Below are positions 13,301-29,558 of a DNA stretch of 64,000 nt, in pieces. The stretch is taken from contig OX597835.1 in NCBI GenBank assembly GCA_951406725.2, positions 30,628,001-30,692,000 on the forward strand. The letters are read 5' to 3'. This DNA is from Octopus vulgaris (Eukaryota). Made by a program: the position numbers and the translations under genes. The notes under the pieces were generated by a model. It ran no database searches and was not told where the DNA came from. It saw only the letters and a list, made by a program, of their open reading frames with translations. Every line of letters begins with the position of its first letter. Within the stretch, counting starts at the first letter, position 1.

Positions 13301-15613
13301 TATTTCGCTGGAACTTACCTGGCAAGGAGCTGGCCAATATTCATTTCAGATACTGGCAGAATGACGGCAATTTCGGGAGAGGGGTTAAATCGATTGCATC
13401 CACTCCACTGTTCACTATTTCAAAGGGATGAAAGACGAAGTTGACTACGATGCAATTTGAACTCAGAAAGTAGAGATGGACAAAATGCCGTAATGCATTT
13501 TGGCCCGTGAGCTAACGATTCTATCAGCTCGCACCTTAAGGTTCTAATGAATATTAACAGCAAATGGAGACGTTATATACGATACACTCACTGAAGTTCA
13601 TGACTTTTGTTGCATTTGTATCTTTCTTTTCAGCTCTCATTTTTCCAGGTGTTCGTGATCGTTGCCCTCTTCCCTATGACAAAGTCTGAAGATACGTGAT
13701 TTTTCTCGGAATAAAGTACAGCACTAGTTTCACGTTGCATTCTGCGATTTATCTAGTTTAGTCTGTTAATTTCCTGAGAGCTCAAGTTTACCCTTGCGGC
13801 AGAGCGCATATTTTAAAACATAGGCATAGAGACATGTTCACATGGGCGTATCTAACACATGCGTAGATGCTAGGATTGCTCCGAGTTTTGTATGCTAAAG
13901 CCACAGGTCTATCTGCTATTTGATACAAAACTTCACAGGCCAGAATATGTCTGGTATTAATGGTGTCTGAACATACGAACTGAAGCCTCACTGTTGGAAT
14001 TAATTTAATGTGCTTCCTAGAACATTTGTATGACCCGAGGAAAGTGTTACCCGAGTTTTCTGAACAGATCCTTCGTCAGTATATTTCTCATCTCCATGAC
14101 ATACAAACTTTTCCAAATTCACAAACGTCGCTATGTTATATTTCTTCACTCACACCAACCACCACTTGTCTTTTAAGACTGATTGTATTTCGAAGGTACG
14201 CAATGAGTCGAAACAGAGGCAGCTGAAGAAGGGGAATGTTCCTTGCGTTGTTTGTCTTGTACTCTGTTTTTCGTTGTTAAAAAAAGTCCGTTTCCTTCTT
14301 TTGTTTTTATGTTTTCGTTTCTCGTTGTGTTCTAAGTATTTTTTGTGGTGTCCTGTACCCATATATGCATGCATATATACATATAGATGTAGGTATGTAC
14401 ATATATGTATGTATATATGCACATGTTTTATTTATTAAATTGTTATTATATATATATGTGTGTGTGTGTCTTCGTACGAATGTAGATGTTTCATTTTAGC
14501 TGAGAAAAATCATACATATAAGTTGACAGCCTTGGCGAATTATAATATTTACGGAGTATGTAATAAAACATTGACTGTAATATGTGGCGGCATTTTTAAT
14601 TCAGCGTTACACATGTTTCATTACAAGAGAGGAAATACATTTTATGATAATAAATATTAATATTAATAATCATATTATAAACTCATAAAAGAAATATGCA
14701 TACATCTACAAACATCAAGAACATTCTTAATCTGTCAACTTTGAGTGATAGATTAAAATAATTATTCAGAATCTATGCCTGGACATTAACAAATAGTAGG
14801 TGTTCTCTATGTTTATAAATGTATGTATATATTTATTATGAATTTATTATATTTATAGTATTATTAATATAAACATTTATATTCATATAATGCATTCTTC
14901 ATATTGTTATGAAAGGTGTAACAGAATTGAAATGGTACTACATGTTTTGGACTATCATTTTATTTCTTTTATTTTAAGTAAATTTGCAGTGTGTTGAATT
15001 TAGCTTTATTAATTTGTATCTCGAATTATACCGCGCTGGAGTCGCCAGAGTGGATGAAATGGCGCTATACACAACTCTTTTGTTAACTTTGTTACAATTA
15101 AGAGAAAAAAAGAATAAAAACTAAAAAATAAATATCTATGTTCTGTAACTTAATTTAAACTAGAAGTGATTCTTTTCCCTTAATGGAAAAATTCACCGGA
15201 GGAAAAAAACATATGTACGAATGTGTGTATGTATATATATATATATTTTTTGTTATCTCCCTTGTACCTTTCCCTCTGTCCCTTCCTCTCTCCCGCCTCT
15301 CTCTCTCCTTATCTAATTCTTCAATCCCTCAGCCTCTTACCTCTCTCAGTTCCTCCCACCTGATCGGTGCTCGGTCAAGAATGATCTTTCTTTCTTGGCC
15401 TGATCGCCGAGCGCACAACACTATATTTTCCTGTCTTCCGATACATAATTATGTTTGTTGCCGCAAGGCTTCTACTTCAAACGTCAGCATAACTTAATTT
15501 GTCCTTTTAGTCAAAAGACACCTGTTGTTATTCTTGTTAGTTGTATTTGTAATCGTGTAACATTTTCTCGTTTTATTTTTGGTCCTTGTTGTCGAACATA
15601 TTCGCTTGCTTAC

Positions 15614-15685
<72 letters not shown>

Positions 15686-16846
15686 GGAACAAGAACGTAA
15701 CGGACTACAATAAAAATATACGGACCGGTGGGTGATATAAAGACAGACAGGAAAATCAGGACTGAACATTCGTGGCTTTCTATTCATCAGTCAAGCTTCC
15801 GCTCGTCATTACAATTTCGGCCTGTTACACTTGAGACTATTCAAAAGTGGTAGGCTGCAGAGATCTATTCTAAGGTTATTAAAATTTTGGAAGTATATAC
15901 ATATGTATGTATGTACGTATATTTGTATATATATATGCATTTGCTTCTACGTGTGTGAATATATGCCTCTGTGTGTGTGTATACATATATATACATACAT
16001 ACATATATGTGTGTGTATCAGAATGATCGGCGTAGCGGTTCACGAGAACGACAAGCGCGTGAGAACCACGCCCTTTACAGTGACCCACTTATACGGATAT
16101 GCTGCTTTATTTTTATTAAGAAAGTCTATGAAGAACTTTTATCTCAGACAGTTCAACAGCTTCGTTCCTTTTCACGGTTTGTATACATTTAGTATGATAC
16201 AGACGGATGGTTCGTATGCCAGAATTACGAAGCCAATCGTTCACAAGGCACAGATGAACGTTTCACTTAACAACGAAACAATAAACGATATTGTCCTAGA
16301 TAGACTATGACAAAAAAGAGGCACTGGATGATCAGAGAGCAAAGGCTTGAATAACTTTGATCGTAACTCTTCTCGACAATGTAAAGGACCAAAAACTGAA
16401 CTGTAGCAACTCGGAAAGAAATAATTTACCGGTTTTTCAATTTTCCGTAAATTAAAAAGAATTAAATAAAGCAAATACACTTTTTGCTTTTTTATGCTTT
16501 TATAATGAAAAATTGAATATATTTTTGTTTCCTTTCAGGTTTGTTTCCTAAGAACTCTCTCTGTCTCTCTCCCTCACACACTCGCTCGTTCTCGCTCTGT
16601 CTCTTTCTTTTTCTCCCTTGTTAAATGTTCACATAAATTTGAAAAGTTTAATGCAAGAAATATATTTATTTATTTTAATTTTTTAAATTATTATTTTTTT
16701 TTTAAATATCTTTTTTGTTTTGGCATCAAAGATCTGCCAATTGTCATTCGTATTAAATTTCTGAAAACACACACATTTCAAATTTACGCTTGCCCGAATC
16801 AGCATACCATTTTTTGAAAAGAGCAAAAAGAAAGAAAAAGGAAACC

Positions 16847-16907
<61 letters not shown>

Positions 16908-17152
16908 TGATAATAATAATAATAAAGATAATGATAATGATGATAATAAAACAATAAGGTTGATAATAATAATAATAATGATGATGGCGATAATAATAAT
17001 AATAATAATATTAATATTAATAAAAACAATAAAAATAGTAATAATAGAAATATCTAATTCCGTAACAAGCCAAATGTAGAAAAAGAAGCAAAACACAGCA
17101 ACAATTTATTGGTATATATATATTTTTTATACACAGTAATATATTCATTTGC

Positions 17153-17187
<35 letters not shown>

Positions 17188-17825
17188 CATACACACATAT
17201 ATATATACATACATATGCATACACATGTATACATATATAAAAGTACCCATATATATAAATATATACATATGCATATATATGTAAATATATATATATATAT
17301 ATATACATATATGCATTATGTATACATATGTTAATTTTCCTTTTTTTATACACAGCGATAAATCCATACGTGTGTGTGTAAGTTGCTTTCTTTTTTCTTC
17401 GTACCTTATTTTCTCTTATATTTTTGTTCATATTTCTTGTATATTTTACCGTTATTTAGAAATATTAATTTTTGTTATTATTTTCATTATTTTCAATTTC
17501 TTGGATTCCATTCCACTCAGCCGTTCTGTTCAGTTCATGAGGAAAATGTTTATTGAAGTTTTATTCTTTTCTTGTTTTATTTTAATTTTTTTAATTTTAT
17601 ATTATTAGTGATATTTTCTGTCCATTTTCTTTTCTCAACACATTCTTAAAAAAATTGGAATCGCTTGCTTCGTAATATATATATATATGTGTACGTATGT
17701 ATACATGAATCTATGTATGTATGTAGATATGTAAATATACATATAGATAGATAGATATATACATATATATATACACAAATATATATACATATATACATCT
17801 ATATATATATATGTATATATATATG

Positions 17826-17885
<60 letters not shown>

Positions 17886-18009
17886 CAACACATCTATATG
17901 TCTCTCTTGTTGAAATCCATTAGTTCACCTTTGTTAATATATATATGTGTGTGTATGTATAAATGTATGTATGTATATATATACATACATATATATATGT
18001 ATATATACA

Positions 18010-18041
<32 letters not shown>

Positions 18042-18429
18042 CAGATATATATATATATATACATACATTTATGAATATATATATATATATATACATATAT
18101 ATATGTATATATATAATATAATATTTTTTTGTCATTTTATTTGCAGTTCCATTTTTTTCGGGATGTCTCTCTTATTTCTGGAATATTGTCCAACAAGTGC
18201 AGTTTTTAAAGAAACACAGTGATGGGAAACGAAAACCGGTCGTGAAAGATAATTAGTTTTCATTTCGTACGCTTTTCGCATTTTTTTTTCCTTTTTTTTT
18301 TTTTTTTTTGCTTCAATTCTTATCGAAATGTTTATCAGTGTTCATTCCTTCCTTTTGCTTATACATGTTTTGTGCATCGGCAGAGATTTACAAAAGTGAG
18401 TGACTTCATATATACGTCTGTATGTGTGC

Positions 18430-18484
<55 letters not shown>

Positions 18485-18524
18485 TTCATTTATATATGTA
18501 TATGTGTGTGTAGGCTTTGTAAAT

Positions 18525-18563
<39 letters not shown>

Positions 18564-19325
18564 AGGTATTATACATTGTATATATATATATGTTCGTATA
18601 CTGTATATGTACCATATATTCATTCGACATCCCTTGACCACGTAACAGTTGGTAGTAGGGTGATAGAGGTATTTTTTGTGTTGCCCCTAGCCGGCATTAA
18701 TTAGACAGATCAATCCATAATAAATGTCACTCATTCATCGATATCCTTCATTCGTTCCCAGACAATAAAACATAGGTGTCGGTGGCTATTTTGTACAAAC
18801 CTGGCTTACCCACAGAACGGTCCCATTCCTAACATTTCATTTGGCAATTTATCATATAACAGCCATCTCAGTATTGTCTTAACTCGTAGAACTTATCTAA
18901 TAAATGATATAATGACTTTTATGATGTTCCTGAGTTCTCCGGAGTGAATGCGAAATTGTGAAAGTGATTAAGAAATGGTTGTAGATGATTTTCGCTAAGT
19001 TTAAAGTTTTATTTATTGTTAGGACTATAGTTTATGACATACTTAATACTAAGTCTATGGTTAGTGTTAGATTTGAAAGTATGGTTATTGCTAAATTTTA
19101 CCGTTTTACAGATTTTTGTCATGGAACTGCAGCCATAGTATTCTTTGAAGTCATAACATAGATTCAGATCAATTTACAATGGATATAAATTTTGCTAACT
19201 GGGGTCTGCATAACTTAATGAAAGGAATGTTAGAGTAAGAAAATGTGGAGTAACTGAGTCAGCGAGAGAGGAAAGGAACAAGAAAAATAATTAGAGAGAA
19301 ATATTGATAGAAATCGAGGTGGCAG

Positions 19326-20416
19326 AGAAGTATTTAAGCAATGTTTACTTTGACAATGATTTCAGTGTTATTTGGCTACTACACCTAGTATATCCAGATT
19401 ATTAACACGCCCTAGAATTTAAGTCCAGGTCAATTAATTTCTAGCGTACCTATCATGAAATATGACCCAGCCATGACCAGCCTGCTCTGTTGTTTATTGT
19501 CCATATCTAGAACTATATAATCCAGAGTCACATTTATTTAGTAGAATTTTGTTCCTATTTCCAGCAATATGTTGTAAACAGTATGAAATTTGTTAGAAAG
19601 AAAGGAAGCTTTAAAGTTCCCAGAAATTCATTAGTGTTTGACAAACGTGGATTGGATTTCTACTGAAGTTTCTCCTGAAAATCGAAACCTTGTTCCTAGG
19701 TATCGGTTGACACAGAACCAACATAATTTTGCCGCAGGTGATTCTGTATAGTAAAGTCTGTGATTTTTAACAGCCGTCTTTAGATTATACTTCATTCGGA
19801 TTTTTCTGGCATTAGGTGGAAAGTTGATATCTAAGTTTGAGGCATTTGGTGGTCAGTTGATATTCGAGTTCGCGGTTTGAGTTCGAGGTCTGAACCCGGA
19901 AGTTTCATTTGAGATTAGGGCTTGAAAGTGATTCGCAGCATTTGAGCCTGATAACCGGATGAAAAACACTAGACAGATATATTATATACTCATCACTTTG
20001 ATTGCGTTCACCGTTGTGCCAATTGGAATGGGATTTCTTCTCAAAGATGGACATTTCTGTGAGTAGAACTGTCCTGATATTCAGTGTTCTCACTATTTGC
20101 CTACTCTTGCTGGTTTGTTGTGACTCAGACCAAAAAAAGTAGATCCAGCTTCGACCACTCCGACTTTTATTCAGATAAAATGTATCTAGAAGTATTTTAT
20201 GCAATGTTTACTTTGACAATGATTTCAGTTCTATTTGGCTGCTATACCTAGTATATCCAGCTTGTTACCACGCCCTAGGATTTAAATCCAGGTCATTCAA
20301 TCTCTAGCCATGACCCAGCCATGACCAGCCTGTCTTTGTTGTTTATTGTCTATATCTAGAACTATATAATCCAGGGTCACATTTACTTGGTAGAATTTTG
20401 TTCCTATTTCTAGCAA
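19326..20416. repeat. ~235-bp diverged direct repeat (19326-19567, 20188-20416) around a probable LINE endonuclease remnant
   Basis: Shared gcaatgtttactttgacaatgatttcagt...gtagaattttgttcctattt. Confidence 0.8.
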
Positions 20417-20711
20417 ACATGGGTGACATCTATGCGGGTCCTCTGTTATCGCAATAGCTGAGGTTATGATCATGTGTATGCAAAACAGAATACATATTAT
20501 TCATTAAAATTTGTGACTGTTTGATCTATGCATGAGATCGTTTTATATAGAAAATATTAATGATTTTTCTTTAAAACAAACAAGCAACAATTTCATCATT
20601 CTTTACTCATTAAACTTCTGATAAAATATCATTCAGTTACGCCAATCGTAAGCAGTATATGTATTCTGTATTCTCTCCCGTCACCTATGTATATGTGATT
20701 GTGTGAGTGTT

Positions 20712-20759
<48 letters not shown>

Positions 20760-20823
20760 TGTGAGTATGAGTATATATGTGTATGCATATATATATATAT
20801 ATATGTGTGTATATATATGTATA

Positions 20824-20881
<58 letters not shown>

Positions 20882-21157
20882 CCATATGAGTGTGACAATG
20901 TATGTCTATGGGTGAATTTGTAACTCGTACGGACGCACAGAAGTAATGATTTTGATTCGGATTAACGCCTGTTCATTTGAACCTTCTTCCGTTATATATT
21001 TCTTTTCGTATGAATTCTGCATACATTAGCAGATTTCCACAAGTATATCCAGTATAAGGAGATAAGGTGTATACCTGCAGCAGCATAGTAGCATATGGTA
21101 GCCGATAACCGTAGAGAGGCTATGAAATGCACCTTACATGTTTATAACTTTGAGGCC

Positions 21158-21200
<43 letters not shown>

Positions 21201-21424
21201 GTGCATATGTGTAGAGAGAGAGGGGGAGAAAGAGGAAAATAGACAAGTGAGAAAATGGTAGAATTGTGGGAAGGATAGAATAAATTCAGTAAGACTGGCA
21301 GTGTCACCGAATGCCGCCGTTCGGGGCTAGTTGGAAGAGACTGAATGTTTGATGTTTGTTTACATATATATATGGATGTAGCTTTATGTATACGCATATT
21401 TGCTCATATATGTACGTGTATATT

Positions 21425-21500
<76 letters not shown>

Positions 21501-21827
21501 GATGTATGTATGTATGTAACATATGTTATAATTATAAACAGGCAAATTTTAGCCGTTCTCCGTATGTATGTATGAAAGAATATATGCATGTTTCCGTATT
21601 TATGCAGGCACCTACCAGGGTGGGTTGGACATCTTAGTCAGGGTGGCAAGACATCTAACCCAGGAGATGGCGAACCCTATTAGAAATGCCAGTGATATGA
21701 AAACACCATATACACACATACATAATACATACATACATACATATATATATGCATGTATGTATATAATATATGTATGTTTATATATTTCTTTATATGTATA
21801 TGCATAAATATATACATATATATATGC

Positions 21828-21861
<34 letters not shown>

Positions 21862-21928
21862 TTCATTCTTTTATTCTGTCACTTGTCTCAGTCATTTGAA
21901 TGTGCTATACATACATACATATATATAC

Positions 21929-21985
<57 letters not shown>

Positions 21986-22240
21986 CATGCATGCATACGT
22001 ACATATATACATACATACATGCACTTGCCTCATGTCTTGAAGTCTTTCAAAGAGACCTTCAGAATGCTTGATTCCTTTCGTCAGTTCTTTGTACCTCCTT
22101 TGATAGTTTCATTTAGTATCATAGTTATTGCTGTTTTTGTTTACGCTGCTCTGGCATTTGCTTGTTTGCTTGTTTTTGTTTTTGCATTTTTTTATTGTTC
22201 GTCTTTCTTTCAATTTATTTCGATATTCCGCCATTGTCGT

Positions 22241-23263
<1,023 letters not shown>

Positions 23264-23570
23264 TTATACAGAAGTAAGTATGAGAACTAAAAACAAAGCC
23301 ATACGCACATATGTGTATGTATGTATGCATGTATGTATGTATGTATGTATGTATGTATGTATGTATGTATGTATGTATGTATGTATGTGTGTATGTATGT
23401 ATATATGTATGTATGTATGTATGCATGTATGTATGAATGCATGTACGTATGTATGCATGTGAATTGTTCGATGTGAACTTGTGTGTGTGTATAGTATATA
23501 TATATTCATGTATATGTATCTATCTATCTATCTATTTATCTGTTTATCTATCTATTTATCTATCCGTCTG

Positions 23571-23644
<74 letters not shown>

Positions 23645-24394
23645 AACACGTACAGAGATCAGCATTGCATGGGACTGCAAAAATTTCTTTACAGGGTTCT
23701 TGGAGGATGACCAGTAAACAAGTGTCACCTTAGTCTGGTGGCTGTGGACAGCTGACACCATCATACCGAGAAGAATAAGCTGTGAGTTTTCATCAAATAA
23801 TAACAATAAATTATTTCTTTTATTGGCCACAAGGGCCCAAGACGTCGAAGAAAATATTGAAGGACGCGTTACAGTACACAAAACAAGCAGAAAGACATAC
23901 ACATAGAAAATCCAGGAATGGAGGCGATGTACGATATTTATTTATTACGATGGTTTCCACAACAGATGGTTCAGAAACACCATAAATATAAATGTCTGCG
24001 TAATATTCTTTTCAAGTTTTGGCACAAGGCCAGTGATTGCGGGAGAGGAAAAAAGTATATTACATCGACTGCCAATTATTTTATCGCCCCGGAAAGATGA
24101 AAACATGTTGATCTGCGCGGGATTTGAACTCAGAACGTTAAAGACGGACGAAATTCCGCTAAGCATTTTCCCCGACGTGATAATGATTCTATCAGCTCGC
24201 CACCTTGAATGACTATGCAATATTATTGCATGTTACATGTTATCCGTGTTCATGTGGTCAGAAAACAGATTCTTTCACATTACATATTAGGTAATGTCGT
24301 TCATGTAGATTGCACACCCACTTGCGCGTTAATTTCACGAACAAGCTGTTCCGCTGATCGGATCAATTGGAGCCGTAACCGACGGAGTGCCAGT

Positions 24395-24456
<62 letters not shown>

Positions 24457-24462
24457 TGTATT

Positions 24463-24517
<55 letters not shown>

Positions 24518-24542
24518 TTATTTATGTATATATATATATATA

Positions 24543-24834
24543 TAAAATTATTAATATTTCAGGCAATAAAATCCAAAACTTACAAAGCAAAAATTCAATT
24601 TAGATATACTAAATCAAATTTAACACAATATTATATATATAAAAAAAATTAGTAAAAATACCACATTTTATCAATTCAAAATGAGCAATTAAATTACACC
24701 ATCTAGAAAATTACATATGTTAAAAATATTAACATTAAAATGTTAATATTTAATGTTAATATTTTTATTATATGTAATTTTCTAGATGGTGTAATTTAAT
24801 TGCTCATTTTGAATTGATAAAAGGTGTTTTTTTC

Positions 24835-24839
<5 letters not shown>
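24543..24839. repeat. AT-rich palindrome (arms 24647-24739/24749-24839) with one-sided tail, between (TA)n tracts
   Basis: ttttatcaattcaaaatgagcaattaaattacaccatctagaaaattacatat and its reverse complement. Confidence 0.8.
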
Positions 24840-24881
<42 letters not shown>

Positions 24882-24976
24882 GGGAAGCTTTACGAAAATA
24901 AACAAAAGACGAAGGCAGGTGGAGTACAAACAAACAATTGTATTAGTATGGCGCTCAGGAATAGAAATAAAACATG

Positions 24977-25014
24977 TCTTTTACGTTTCGAGCCTACGCT
25001 CTTCAACAGAAAGA
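24977..25014 (-). ncRNA. Ultra-short hammerhead variant (CUGUNGAA core) inside a ~170-bp element (24878-25050)
   Basis: UCUUU CUGUUGAA GAGC-GUAG-GCUC GAAA CG UA AAAGA. Confidence 0.65.
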
Positions 25015-26027
25015 TACACAGAAAAGAAACACGGAGAGAAACAAGGAGATATATAATTTTAGCATTATCGATGCCACATATAATGTACGTGTGTTGCTAA
25101 ACGCAGACTGAACACGTTTAACAACGCATATTTAATGTGACATCGGTAACGTGTGTGTGTGTGTACGTCTGTATGTGTGTGTGTTCATGCATATATACAA
25201 GCTGACTGAATACTCAAAAAACAGAAGAATCACAGTTTAAATAAATCACCAAGAATCAAATTTTAAACATCGAAAGCATACGCACACTCGGAGATGCATT
25301 AATAAACATATACGCACATACACCTGCACACTTAAACATACACAGACACACATATACCGAACTAACGCACATAAACATACACACTTCTCATGTATAAACA
25401 TCAATACATAGATATAAGTATTGATGTTATATACACTCACTCACTATCGTAAACTCGTGTAGGAGCAGATAAACACGGCCATACATTTGGACAACTGAAT
25501 GCACATTGCATTTCGAGCGATTATACGCCTTAACACATGACAATACCTCAATGAAATTTCCCCTTGAATCCCGAAAGTTAGAAAGCAAACGAAAGAAATT
25601 CCACATTTCTTCCTTTTTTTTTTATGTCCCCTTATTCTCACCCATTTTGTCTCCACTCGATTATGTCTCTTCTCGTTCTTTATTTACGGACGCACAAAGA
25701 ACAAGACAGTAAATTGAAGACATCGTATCTAAAACCAAACTACAAGCAGTGCAAAATACATACGCACGCGCACTCTGACAAATGCATACATCAGGCAAAA
25801 CACAAAGCAAAAAAGGCGAGATATACAACAGCAGCCCACACAAGACGTACAACAGATGACAACACACAGAGTTTAATAACTGAAGTAAACTAAGAACAAT
25901 GTATATTTATTGAAATACACAATCGTTGTATCAAAATTATGTACAAATGATCAAACATCTCGGATTGGGAAAATGAAAAAAAAAAAGAAAAGAAGCTAAA
26001 ATGATATAAATACAATCGTAGTAAATA

Positions 26028-26062
<35 letters not shown>

Positions 26063-26066
<4 letters not shown>

Positions 26067-27679
26067 ACGCGGGGAGCAAGATCGGATGAATAGGGTGGGT
26101 AGTAAGCGGGGTCACGATTTTTGGGGTTAAAAAATGTCTCACACTCAAGAGAGTGTGCGCAGGTGCATTGTCATGTTAAAACTACCTCTCTTCCACTTTG
26201 CTACAGGTCGGGACGTTTTCGTCTCACTGCATCTCACAAACGCTACAGAACTGCTAAGTAAAATGTCTAGTTAAGAGTTTGGCCAAGAGGAACAAACTCT
26301 GTGTAGACAATTCCTTTCGCATCGTCTTCACATTGAACTTTAATTGAAGCGCTATTGTTGGGCGTGCTTCCATTGACTTGATTGTGGCTTCGTTAATGCG
26401 CCCTTAAATATGGTTTCTGATTACAAATATCTTGGATCATACATATCATCATCTGGAAAAGACTTTCTAACTAGAAAGGGTATGGCCTGGTCAGCCTGTA
26501 ATGACATGCATAAGATCTGGTCATCAAATCTAAGTAGAGACTTCAAACTTGAAATCTTCAAAGCCACAGTCGAACCAATTCTACTATATGGCTCAGAAAC
26601 CTGGACGTTATCAAAGAAGCTTGAGAGGCGGTTGGATGGAACCTACACTCGCCTCCTTATGAGAGCTCAAAATCTCTCGTGGAGGCGCCATCCAACCAAA
26701 ATGCAAATATATGGGAAACTACCACCTGTGTCATCTCTTGTGAAAAGTAGGAGAGTCCAGTTTGCTGGACATTGTTGTAGAGCTGAAAAATAATTTCTAC
26801 TCTTCTCCTCTGGAAGCCATCTACTCGCAATACCAGAGGGCGCACACTCTCCTACCCTGATGTAATCTTCAGGGATACAGGCATCCAGCGACAGGACCTC
26901 CGTAATGCCATGATGGACCGTGAAGTCTGGCGTAGCATGTTAAATTCCACTGTCTCGACCACGGTCGAACAATGATGATGATGATGATGTGGCTTCGTTT
27001 CTGGGTCGCAGCTGTAGTACCAGCTTTCATCACCAATCATGACCTTCAGACAATGGTCCAGATCATCTTCCAGCTGTTCTTTCAGTTCACGAGACGCATT
27101 TAGTCATGACTGCTTTTGATCTTCCTTGAGCAAGCGAGGCACAAATTTTGCTGCAACCCTTTACTTTCGCAATTTCTCGCTCAAAGTTCGTTGGCAGAAG
27201 CTCCAGAACGCACCTGTCATACCAACAAGTTGATCAACTGTTGGTATGACTGACGGTCCTCCAAGATCAGTTCCTGAAATTCTATGAAGTTTTCATTCGT
27301 TCGGGAGGTCGACGGTCTCCCTGAATTAGATTGGCCCTCAAGCGAAAAATGACAGTTCCTAATGCGTAAAAACAACTCGTAAACTTGTGTTTTGCTCACG
27401 GCAGCGTCCTTGTAAGCTGTTTGAAGCATGACAACTATTTCGGACGCCATTTTGCCCAGCAGAAAACAGAATTTCAGAAAACAGAAGCACGCTGTTCCTT
27501 TGTTTCAGCCATTGCAAAACAAAGACGCACCATGTGGCAGTACGACTCCACTCGATGACGCCTTTCAGCAGACTGATGCCTGAGGGTCGCATCAAGTGGC
27601 TTCTAGCGGAGAAAGTCTGAACTACAACTGGCTTGCTCTACAAAGAATGTTTCCTGTTACTTGTGGGTAACCCCACGTA
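26063..27679 (-). mobile_element. Decayed mariner transposon, interrupted by an RTE LINE
   Basis: HTH region (MLQTAYKDAAVSKTQVYE..SGRPSTS), GDESWYYSCDPETKP|QSSQWKH, HDNAPAH and PPYSSDLAP motifs appear in the correct order with stops and frameshifts; TA at the 5' end. Confidence 0.9.
26395..26987 (+). mobile_element. 5'-truncated RTE-clade LINE with (ATG)n tail and 12-bp target-site duplication
   Basis: YKYLGSYI..PILLYGSETWTL..FAGH is an RT C-terminus. TSD tgtggcttcgtt at 26383-26394 and 26988-26999; 3' hairpin tcgacc-ac-ggtcga. Confidence 0.9.
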
Positions 27680-27984
27680 TATGACAAAATTGCAGTGCGA
27701 TAAACAGGTTAGACATGGACTTCACAATACAGGTTCAGCACAGACTTTCTCTCAACTGAAGATTAATGCAAATTCGACGCATTTTAAAACAGAACGAAAA
27801 GTTCTTGCTTCAGCGAGTCCGAGTTTGCTGACAAGACAGGACAACAGCTAGCGTAGTAAAAGGAGAAATTAGTTCTTAAGGCTAAGTCGAACCAAATACA
27901 AGAAAACGTTGAGATACAGATTAAAGAGTTGGGTCTTTAAAGAAAAGTTATTAAGAACGAACTGGAGTCAATGATACGGTATAT

Positions 27985-28097
27985 ACATACATACGTCTAT
28001 TTGCACACGAACATATATATGTACAACCAAACATATATCCATGAGAGTTTCTACACATTTGAACGTATATGCGTTGCATACAAGGACATATATACGC

Positions 28098-28155
<58 letters not shown>

Positions 28156-28440
28156 GTATCCATATATATACAATATATAACCACGCATACACAACTACAT
28201 ACGAATATTTAAAAATAATATATATACATATTTACTACCATATATATATATATATATATACGAACACATACACATACGTACATACACACACACACATATA
28301 TATATACGTACGTACATACGTGTATTCGTACTCAAACATATATATGTGCAGCCAAACATATATCCGTGAGAGCTTCCATACATTTGAAGGTATATGCGTG
28401 GCATACAAGGACATATATACGCACATGTATATATATATAT

Positions 28441-28523
<83 letters not shown>

Positions 28524-28577
28524 CATATGTATTCATATATATACAATATATAACCACGCATACACACCTACATACGT
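27985..28577. repeat. Local tandem duplication containing (TA)n
   Basis: ccaaacatatatcc..cattgaa..catacaaggacatatatacgca..caatatataaccacgcatacac is present twice. Confidence 0.8.
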
Positions 28578-28969
28578 CTATCCCTTCTGTTTCAATATGT
28601 ATACCTAGCTGCTCTCTCACATTCACATGTGTATGTATGTATGCATGTATGCATGTATATACGTACGTATGCGCGCATATATACATATATGCATACATGT
28701 ATGTATGCGTGTCAGTGTGTACTTGTATGTACGTATACACATGCACACATGAATATAAAGAAAAATCATTTAAGTATAGTGAATAAAGAATACCCTACAA
28801 TTTGTTTTAAATCTGTTTATTTTTGTCACTGCTGTGCTTTTTATTGTTGTTGCCGTTGTTGTTGCTGTATTCTATCTACTTAAAGCTATTTCTATACGAC
28901 AAAATGTAACCAAGTAACCTTATAATACCATCATGTGTTCCTTGTGACGAAGGTGTTTACACAAGCGAC

Positions 28970-29078
<109 letters not shown>

Positions 29079-29355
29079 ATATACACAAATACATACATAT
29101 ATATATATATATATACGCATGCGTACATATATATGTGTGTATATTTATATATATATATTAATGTATACATATATGTATATATATAAGCATACATACATGC
29201 ATACATGTATATACATATATGCACGCACGTACATATATATGTGCATATGTTGATATGCATACACGCGTACACACACACATATATATACATAGATAGACAT
29301 ATATATATGTACATATATATATATATGTATATATGTATATATGTATATAAACATA

Positions 29356-29402
<47 letters not shown>

Positions 29403-29451
29403 ATGTATATATATCATATATATATACACACATATATATATACATAAATAC

Positions 29452-29501
<50 letters not shown>

Positions 29502-29506
29502 TTCTA

Positions 29507-29558
<52 letters not shown>

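Noticed and set aside
27753-27808. CUGAAGA plus hairpin plus distant GAAA
   Set aside because: A long unpaired insert precedes GAAA and the stems are weak; likely chance.
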